Shown one piece after another: positions 54,249-64,000 of a stretch of 64,000 nucleotides of DNA; within the stretch, counting starts at the first letter, position 1, and the number at the start of each line of letters is the position of its first letter. Origin of the DNA: Octopus sinensis (taxonomy: Eukaryota); the NCBI RefSeq assembly GCF_006345805.1, contig NC_042999.1, positions 11,904,001 through 11,968,000 of the forward strand. The letters run 5' to 3'. Made by a program: the position numbers and the translations under genes. The notes under the pieces were generated by a model. It was not told the DNA's origin. It saw nothing but the letters and a program-made list of their open reading frames with translations, and did no database searches.

Positions 54249-54769
54249 CAATGTACACATCTGCTGGCAGAAAAAAAAATGGATATCTTTGATCCATTTG
54301 TTGCCAAATCAGATAACTAAATGTATACGACACGGATAAATGTTCTTAGCATTATTTTTATATCTAGGAGAGAGAGAGAGAGAGAGAGAGAAAAGAAAGA
54401 CAGACAGACAGAGGGGGGGCGGAGTGAATAGTGCCTTAGGTGTTGTATGTAGAAGAGTTCTTTAAGATTGATGCAATGTCTGTCTACCCATTTGTTTTAT
54501 CTTAAATATGTATCAATGTTTTAATGCTCACAGAAGACAGACACAGGGTAGTCTTTTTTGATATCCATTACTGTACATGGACTGGGAGGAAGGGTGGGAG
54601 AAATGAAGGAAGTGGGAGAGAGAGAGAGCTTAAAGGGGGAAGGAAGGGAAAGAAAGAAGGAATCAAGAAAAAGGGAAAATGAAAGAAAAAAAGAAATTGA
54701 GAAAGGCGAGAAGGAAGAAAGAAAAAGACGAAGAAAGGAAGACAGAATGAAAAAAGAAGGAAAGATGGT

Positions 54770-54817
<48 letters not shown>

Positions 54818-55800
54818 AAGAAAGAAAGAAAGAAAGAAAGGAAGGAAGAAAAGAAGAACGAACTGCCTGAAACGTTGATATCTAAATACATGGAAATATC
54901 TGTAATATTTACTTGTATTTGAAGGATACAATAATCTATTCTCTGATCTACAGCACAGCCTGGCGGCGGATATCATACTTTATTCGTATCTCAAAGAGTT
55001 CTTTTGCTAATTTTATTGGCTAAAACTATCCATTTTGTTTCTGTATGGAGAGAGGTGAGGGGGGAAAGGTTTAGAGAAAACTTCTACCTCCCCCTCCCTC
55101 TCTCTGGATTTTATGTCTACAAATGTTTCATTAAGAAGTTTTATTGTGATGTAACATCCTACAAGTAGGCATGTATAGATGCACACTTTCTATAGAATTA
55201 TGCAATACATTACATTGAAACCCTCAGATCTTCAGGTGAGACCATAATTAAAACAGGTAAATAATCGATATGCTATGTTGAGTGCATTGCAACATTGGAA
55301 GAATCAGAATGAAAAATATACTGCTTATTCATGTATGGAAGTCAGCTGGTATACAATCGGCCAATCAGAGCCGTAGGAGGAAATTTAAGATGTTCAGAGA
55401 ATTGAGAACAGAAAATGGGTGAGCTGAGTTGTAGAAGTAGAAGTAGTAACGGGATTTGTTGTGATTGATTAGAACAAAGAGCAAAAACGTTGCATGGCAT
55501 CTCTTATCTCCATAAAGTCGTTAACTTAACCATCCAACATAGAATCAAATATTAGCGTCGGAGTTTTTATTATCTTCGAAAACTGGCGTCAACTTTCCAA
55601 TCCAGATTTTGTCAATGTGTTGAAGTATGTTGAAGAAACCATTAGCCAAAGAGACAATACATATTCTATTGTATTGTGCAGTGTGTAGTGCACTGTATGG
55701 CGTGTATATACATACATACATACATACATACATACATACATACATACATACATACATACATACATACATACATACATACATACATACATACATACATACA

Positions 55801-55835
<35 letters not shown>

Positions 55836-55927
55836 GGAGAGTGGTGGTTTCATCCCGACAATGCACCTTCGCACACCGTTTGTGAGACAGTTTTGATCAA
55901 AATTGGCACACACACGCACACGCACAG

Positions 55928-55959
<32 letters not shown>

Positions 55960-56028
55960 ATGACAATTTTGATCAAAAATTGTACCTGAATACCAAAGGT
56001 AGAGTAAACTAATATATTGAATTCTCAT

Positions 56029-56070
56029 AACTGTTTGATGAACGGTTACGTAAAACTCTGAGTAACAGTT
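56029..56070 (+). ncRNA. Decayed hammerhead, same family as 3248-3289
   Basis: aactgt-TTGATGA-acg gtta cgt-AAAA-ctctgag-TA/acagtt. Confidence 0.65.
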
Positions 56071-57265
56071 TGTGAAAGCTTTTTTTCAGCTTCGATACAA
56101 GAGCATACACGCGCACGCGCACACACACATATGAGTGTGTGTGTGTGTGTGTGTGTGTGTATAGATATAGATATATAGATAGATATATAGATATACGCAC
56201 ATATATATCTGAAAGGGAGTTACATATCCTTCGTCTCTCTCTCTCTCTCTCTCTCACTTCTAGTATTGCTACTACTCCTCCCGTTACACAATTACTACTA
56301 ATAAAAAAATTCGCGTCCTCTTCTATTGCTACTTCTCTGCCTCCTCCTTTTCTTCCTTTTCCTCCTAATTCTTAGTTTACAACTTGAACAGGAATGAATT
56401 CCATGAAAAATGTAGTTCTGTGATGATGCATTTTCATTCTTTCTATTTAATTTGTTCTCAATAATTATGAACCGTCTCCGTATTACTATTTAATATACTA
56501 TGCAGTAGAAACCCGTACTTATTCTATCTCTTGAATGCTGTTCCTATTCACCCAATTGTTGTATACATATGAAGGCGAATGATCCAGGTTAATAAAAATG
56601 TCTGAAAACTAATGCTAGTGAGGGCATTATGAACGTAACAAAAAGCTCACCAAATGTTGGCGTGCTTTCCAAATCTGACCAGCATCGGATTTCTTCCAGA
56701 AGAGATAAAGACAGAAATGAAAAGTAAGCTGAAGAGAAGAATTAAGCCTAGTATAGGACTAGAACTTTATTCATGGACTCCAGAAAAGATGAAAGGCAAA
56801 CTTGACCTCGCTGGCATTTGAACTCAGAAGGCAGAGATCCGGAATGATTACCGCAAAGCCGTCCTCTCCGACACTAACAGGTTTGTTAATTGATCGCCTG
56901 AAAGGTAAAGTTGACTGCGGCGGGATTTGAACTTAGAGAACAGAGAATCAGAATGGATGCTGCAAGGTGTTTTATCCAATGCTCTAACGACGTATAGATG
57001 GTCGTGGTGATGTTGTGCAACCATTTAATAAGGACTCCATTCAGAAGGCTGGTATAATACATGCAATGTACCAGTTGGAAAGAGAGAGACACAACCGAGC
57101 AGTAGGTTTAAGAGAATTTATTGATATGGTAACTTGTGTGTCTGTGTGTGCGTCATGTATACAAAGCAAAAGACAGGCCGTCATGAGAACAAAGTGTATG
57201 TGTGTATACAGAATGGATGTATGCGTTTGGTTTAAGTACATATAAGAATAGCAGTAAGAAGACAG

Positions 57266-57931
57266 TGAAAGAATCTATAATGAGAAGTTAGACGAATGTT
57301 TATCGACACAAGAAATGAGAAATACCAGCTCGTAGTCAGTTGTACACGGTGATTGAAATACTGTATGAAGAAGTTGTGGCGATGATGCAGAGCCGGAGTT
57401 GCGGTACGTGTCGTTCGAAGTTGTGGCTGTAATGCTGCTGCCTGGGTCACTTGTACAGGAGTTCTCGCAGGTTGTATATTCGCTGTTAACCATGATGAAG
57501 TAATTCGCGAACAGTGCTATGTTAGAACCTGGGCAATGTTGCTGGTTGAGTTGTGTATGTAGAAATGTTGTTGACGTCGTTAAGAAGAAAATGGAAGAAG
57601 AAAGAGATTGCCGTAATGCTGTTGGACGGGTGTTGTCGTCTGGCATTGTCGCTGGAACTGGCTGTGTCTTGTGTGGTCAGTGACTCGACCTTAAAAGGTC
57701 TGGAACCAAAGACCTCGAAACAAGGAGAAGGTGAGTTTTTATAAGAAACAGTAGGCTCAAATTGGATTGTGAACATGCTGTCTCACGTGATCTTATTTAG
57801 GGGCTCCGACTGGTTATACGCTAGATATTGTGCGACAGAGTAAGATACAAATTGCGCCAATACCAACCAATCAGAGTAGTGGACACAACGAGGTCCAGAT
57901 AGCGGCCAAAGGTTAGCTGTTATCTGCTACA
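57266..57931 (-). mobile_element. Possible solo LTR
   Basis: Minus strand begins TGTAGC and ends TTCA; CCAAT-like, TATAAAA and GATAAA motifs in LTR order; no TSD found. Confidence 0.35.
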
Positions 57932-58651
57932 TTCGTACGCTCGTATATATTATGAAGGGAAGAGGAATTTCACTCGGCTGCACGCTACAGACGTTTCCAC
58001 TTCACCGCTCTGTCTTTGATTGTTATACAGTCAAATCAATCTCTGAACTTACTGCGATATTTTAGCACCAAACTCGGAAGAACAAAAAGTAAATATTGCC
58101 ATGATTGAACTTTAACTCAGAGACGGAACTAAATAGTGCAGTATGTTTGGTTTGAAGTTCTACCGATCTGCTAATCTACAGCCCTTTAAGAGAATATTAC
58201 AATAGCATGTAGCGTAGTTAAGGAATTTACTTCGCAGTTACAAGGTCCAATTTCAATCCCACTGTATTGTAGGTACCTTGGGAAAGTGACTTTTAGCAGT
58301 GCCACGGGAGTAAAGCCGTGCAAACGGAAACTGCGGAATCCTGTTGAATGTGATTTACTTGTATGTCCTCTAGCTTTGTCACATAGCATCACCCTGATTC
58401 CTTCTGAGAATTAGAAATGTCTTTGGAATGGTCAAACTCTTAACTCGCTTATTCAATACCGTTCACTTTTACTGGTTACAGTCATTCAACTGCGACCATG
58501 CTTTCGCCGAACAAATTGACCTCAGAACTTAATTTTTAACGTCTGGTACTCATTCTATCGGTTCTTTTTTGCCGAACCACTTAGTTACGGCGACGTAAAC
58601 AAACCAACACCAGTTGCCAAGTGGTGAAGGGAATTAACATAAATACAAGCA

Positions 58652-58699
<48 letters not shown>

Positions 58700-59963
58700 T
58701 GACGGACTTACACAGTTTCCATCTACCCATCTACTCGTAAGGCCTCTAAACACTTGTCCAAGGTGTCGCACGCTAGGACTGAACCCTAAATTGAGGGATT
58801 GAATAACGAACTCTTTAATTACGCAGCCATATCATATTTGTTCAACTGAATTTTCATCGTCGAAACCGACGGAGATCCATCTACTTGATAACAGACTCAA
58901 CATAAGAACGGAGAGTTTATTTTTATATACAAGAGAACTGACTCTCATTCTCATAAAATCCTTTCGTTTTTTGGTGGGAGGGTCATTTATGGAAATTCGG
59001 AAAAGTAACATTTGAAACAAAAGCACCATGAAAAGTCGTATGAGTGTAAGAATACGATTAAATTAAACGAAGATCTTGGCCTGCAAACAAAGAACAATGC
59101 CCGGTGTTCGATGTGAAAGTCATCTGTGTTCGTGGTATGAGATTTGCTTATCTCAACTTTAAGACAATGAAACCAAGTGAGACACCAAGCTGAACAAATC
59201 AAACTCATTATCGCCTGGTATTTTATCAGTCAACACACATTCTGACTTTCATCTAACACTGATGATCTCTAGTCTCATGCATTTCAACAACAACACGCAT
59301 ACATACACACACAAGCACCAAACATAATTGTTGACTTGCTTTATATCTTGAATGAGGAGTTTGATCCACACACACAAAACACCAATATGTCCAATAGTAC
59401 TAAGAGAGGAGCCCCGGTCACTAAAGCTTGTAATTGTCAAAATGTATTCGAGTGCCATGTATAGATGATTGTTTCAGCAATTTGTCCACGTCTATATTAT
59501 TTTATGCTGAAGTTCTCTATTGAATATACCCAGAGATTTTAGCTATCACTGTTCGTAAATTAATTAATTAATAATTTACGAGATGCATGAGACAGATGTA
59601 ATCGCTTGTCATCTTCATTGTACAACCTCTTTGAGTGGATATTAAAACGAGGATCGATCGCCGGTGACGCTGTATCTGCTACTATATCTCCATCAGCGAT
59701 CGATACCCTACTTTAACTGCCACCGTGAAATTGTAATTGAAAGCCACTAGTGTTACATATATACATGCATGCGTGCATACATACATACATACATACATAC
59801 ATACATACATACATACATACATACATACATACATACATGTATTCATACATACATGCGCACATGCATACATTAAAACGAGAAAACAAATGGATTTTAAGTT
59901 TTGCGATAACTGCTTTGCTCTGAATCTTTATTTAATGGAAGCATAATACAATATTTGGGATTA

Positions 59964-61191
59964 CAGTAATCCCTCAACTATCTCCGCGATAAATGAAAAT
60001 CCGTCAAGAAGAAACAGTATTGTACTGTATATTTTTAGATTATTTTTGTAATTTGTATATATTTATTTTATTATAAATGCAAAGCAACCCCCCCCCTCAC
60101 TCGCCTCCCGATTTCCGTTTTCCCCACACTATGTGCAATTCTTTGTTTACTCATCTATGGTACACTATACGTGTTTTCTTTTAATATAATTTAATTAATG
60201 TGTTATACAGTGCAGTGCTGTACTATAACGATAATTATTTGTAACGATAAAGTTTTTAGTTGAAGTCGAGGGTCTCCAATTATAACGGGAGAAATTGATT
60301 TTGTTGTTATGACGGCAAGTTGTAAGATGTGAAAGATGAACAATGCATAAAGTTTAAAGAAAGTATTTATTTACTGTTACCTTACAAATACCTTGCCTCG
60401 ACGGGCAGGTTATAATAAATCCAAAAGCATGCGAAGTTTGTGTTTGTGTCCTCTTCATTGTTTAGTAGTAAACACAGAGAAAGATAGAATGATGTTGTAA
60501 GAGAAGAGAAGAGCTAGTGAGAGTTTGTAGGGTGTGGTCTCAGCTGCTGACAGTAAACATCATTTCTCCCTCTGACCAAGGTTCTAGCTGGTCAGCCAGA
60601 CTTCGTTGTCACCGCAGTGACAAATTGGTTGAGTCGTCACCATGTGACTGGACTCGTTGAGTCGTCACCGACTATGACTAATTGATTTTTGCTTGGGGTA
60701 TTCTTGCTTTTATAGCTATCCAGAAAGATAGACATATCATTGAGAGCAATAGATTTAGTTGGTGGTCTTGTTATCTCTATTCTAGCTTTTGGTGAAGTAG
60801 AAGAGGTTAGAAAGGGTCAAGTGGTGAAGACTTATTTCGGCCGAGCTAAAGGCATCTGGGAAATGTAAAACTGCTGTCAGAGAAAAACCATTCTTCCACC
60901 GTGGGAAAGTTCTGTTGCAGTGTTCATTTAAATTTGGCTATGGTGGATCGAATCCACTTCGTGCTTGCAAAATCCACTACAGTACTGTATTTTTATTTAT
61001 TAATTTTTAGGCGTGAAAATGCTTATTTTACCACAGAAATAATTAAAATAGAAAAATATATATATACCTATCAGCCGCAGAAACCCGCGATATAAATTTA
61101 CATATAATAGCCAGAGAAATTTGATAAAGCGCGATAGGTGAACCGTGATAAGAGCGCGATAGGTGAACCGTGATATGGCGAGTGCTTACTG
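59964..61191. mobile_element. Tigger/pogo-like DNA transposon remnant
   Basis: Diverged TIRs cagtaatccctc / gagtgcttactg, each flanked by TA; no clear transposase inside. Confidence 0.5.
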
Positions 61192-61575
61192 TACACCATA
61201 CCTTATGCAATTCTCATGCTCATCAGACAACATTGAAAATAAAGATAATTAATCACTTATTGGGTAATAAGTTGATTTCTAAATAAATCCATTCGCTTGT
61301 TCGTTTATTACTATTTCGTGCCTCATCAGATGCTCTGTTATTCGTTGGTTAATTTGTAAACAATTGGAATTTCGAATTACTCAAGAACAGTGTCTGGTTT
61401 TCATCGATGCTTTCTGCACTGACAATAGGTTACATCACTGTCTGCTCTGCTTGACTCTGTCTCTCCAATCAACGATGCATTCCTGTTGATGTGCCCCGAT
61501 TCTTTATGAATCTTATTTAACAGACATATTCATTCTTGCATAACATAACATAACATACATAACATACATATATGC

Positions 61576-61613
<38 letters not shown>

Positions 61614-61883
61614 CTATATGTATATTGTCAAGCAGCATATTACTGGTCATGACATATAACTGTGCTATGTGGAACCAGCATGTTCTTCTGCATATCGTAA
61701 AAGAGGCTGAATTAGGATTTGCACTCCGAACTCGTAAAACCCTCACCAGCAACAACTACCTAAACAGACCCATGGGTTGGAGGGGCTTCATCTGAATAGT
61801 GGAAAGGTGTCATCTATCAGGAATAGGAAATCACCAACAAATAGTGAATGCAGCGACGCGTTGTCACAGTGCATGTCCCCATA

Positions 61884-61938
<55 letters not shown>

Positions 61939-62299
61939 GCTGCTGCTGCTACTTATAACTAGTCAGAACGTTACCATTGGTTTCGCTCCGATTATTACAC
62001 TTGGTAATAATATTGACGACTCTTCCGACATGTTGGCCGGATGCGCAGAGTGTCATTTGTGCTGGAGGTTTATATAGTCCTGGTTCACTCGATCTTGGTA
62101 AAAAGAAGCAGAACGAAATATTGTGAAAAGTTATAGCATTTCCCCAGTCACACCGAGCATCTACTCCAAAAATGTAGCTCAGAAACCAGATACTTGTCAA
62201 CTCGACCAATTATGCTTGGTTAACTCAGCCGAGGTCAACCCAGTTCTATCTCACTTCTACCGACACTTGCTCATTCCTCAGGTTGACCCTCCAGTTCGT

Positions 62300-62650
62300 G
62301 GCCAAAACTTGGTTTTTCGATGTCAGTATAATGCCCTCGGTCTCTTTTTTTAGTGTTCCTATTGTCAGCCGGTCCTACCTATTTTTTCCAGCAACTTCTG
62401 TTTTGGCTACATGTAATTCATTGAGTAGTCCATTGTTGCGTAATTCTTCTTCGTTTCCTTTTTGTACTTCTTACGTTGTTTTCCCTTTTTTCTCTGCTCT
62501 CAATGCTCCCTCGTTCATAACTATCGATAGCAAGGTTTCCTTACTTTGGGCTAGGTATCTCATTAAGCATTTGAGTTCGATACGCACGCTGTCTTCCACA
62601 CTTACCAGTCCCCTTCCATTTGCTCTCTTCATGTATAGACGATTAATGTC
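62300..62650 (-). mobile_element. R4/Dong-type internal fragment (post-RT region)
   Basis: SDINRLYMKRANGRGLVSVEDSVRIE...GTLKKETEGII. Confidence 0.75.
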
Positions 62651-62728
62651 AGATTATTATTGCTATTGGTATTACTATTATTCCTTCGTAACACAATGTA
62701 AGTAAAAATGAACCGGAGTCTTTAGTCA

Positions 62729-62765
<37 letters not shown>

Positions 62766-62788
62766 GTTATTATTATTATTATTATTAC

Positions 62789-62852
<64 letters not shown>

Positions 62853-62854
62853 CA

Positions 62855-64000
62855 CTTAACAGATTAGACTGTTGGAGAAGAAAATAATTCTAACATCGGG
62901 CTACAACAAGTTACCTTAGATACTAAGAACCCTCCTAAGTATCCTAACTGTCCCTAATAACACTGTTTTCTGCAGCTGTACTAAATTGGGTTTTATGCCT
63001 ATTTCCTCTATCCATCTGTTCAGATCTTTAGGGATAGTTCCCAATGCATCTATAGCTATTGGGATACATTTTACCCGCACTTTCCATAGTTTCTGTAATT
63101 CAATAGCTAGGACCTGGTACTTTGCAATCTTTTCTATACTTCTCATATAGATCTACTTCCCATTTCTTCATGCTAAAGTTAATTAATTCTCTTAGGTTAT
63201 CTGCTATACTGAATATACTCAAACATTCACTTATCCATGAGTGTGGGATCATGTCATAGGCTTTCCTTTAATTTATCCATGTTATTTAAAAATTTTTCTT
63301 TCTAGCTTTTACTTCATTTAGAACTGCTTTGTCTATATATAATAAATATGTCATGTGTTCCTCTAGCCTTCCTACAACCGTTCTGTTCTTCTGGTTGTTA
63401 AGGTGCTCGTAAATACTTTCTGAAGGCATTCCTGTTAACAGCTTCTACACTAATGGTAAGCAAGTGATTGGTCTATAGTCGCTAGCTGTATTACCCTTTC
63501 TCTTATCTTTCATATTGTCCTCCCTCTAGTCATCCAATATTATTCCTTCATTAAGACAATCCTGAAGTTGTTCCCTCAGCCTCCCAAGTAAACTACTGAG
63601 TTTCTTTAGTCAGTACCCTTGAACTAAATCTGGTCTTGGGCTTTTCCAATTCAGCATTTACTCATTACTGCTCTAGTTAATCTTAGATCTGGCTGCTTCT
63701 CACTCACAACTTCTTCCCTTACTTTCTTTAACCATACTGCATCTCTATTATGATTTGCTGGTTTATCCCAAATACTACTCCAGAACTTTCTAGCTTCTTC
63801 TGCATTAGGTTTCTAATCTTCAGTACTTTGTTCTCCATTATTTATTTGGTTATAAAATCTCCTGTGGTCTGTCTCAAATAATCTGTTCTGTTGATACTGA
63901 TCTATTCTTTCTATTCTTTTCTGATATCTGGGTAGCTTACCTGCTCCTGCTATCATACGCTGTTTCAACTCTTCTTTTACTGTCCCAAATTCTTTCTCTT
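62855..64000 (-). mobile_element. R4/Dong-type element with large internal deletion, continuing beyond the window
   Basis: LKQRMIA..QQNRLF..KFWSSIW (pre-RT) joined near 63140 to EKIAKYQ..LQKTVLLGTVRILRRVL (RLE end); (TAA)n tail 62730-62850. Confidence 0.85.

Noticed and set aside
59650-59712. 8-bp stem flanking CTGATGG on the minus strand
   Set aside because: No GAAA and no UH cleavage triplet.

Overview
AT-rich eukaryotic (animal) DNA, most likely a cephalopod such as Octopus. This is inferred from the SINE families and the very high (TA)n/(TG)n/(TATG)n/(ATT)n load; no database check was possible. I found no convincing host gene exon, rRNA, intact tRNA or CRISPR array, and most ORF-track entries are microsatellite artefacts. 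The window is a transposon graveyard: Penelope-like elements (PLEs), R4/Dong-type RLE LINEs (all on the minus strand, in TAA repeats), L1/Tx1, RTE and CR1-group LINEs, two SINE families, Tc1, MITEs and Helitron/Helentron relics. The main signals are RNA-level. (1) About ten recognisable type I hammerhead ribozyme (HHR) motifs, plus relics. Four share a non-canonical CCGACGA core and several have very long stem II inserts. (2) A non-coding 583-bp tandem HHR unit resembling a retrozyme. (3) PLE inversion breakpoints lying within a few nt of predicted HHR cleavage sites. (4) Two SINE-L1/Tx1 fusions, each bracketed by one candidate TSD, plus a SINE tail homologous to the Tx1 3' end. (5) A candidate HDV-like ribozyme at an RTE 5' end. 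(6) A GC-rich, SINE-interrupted ORF island of unknown origin.
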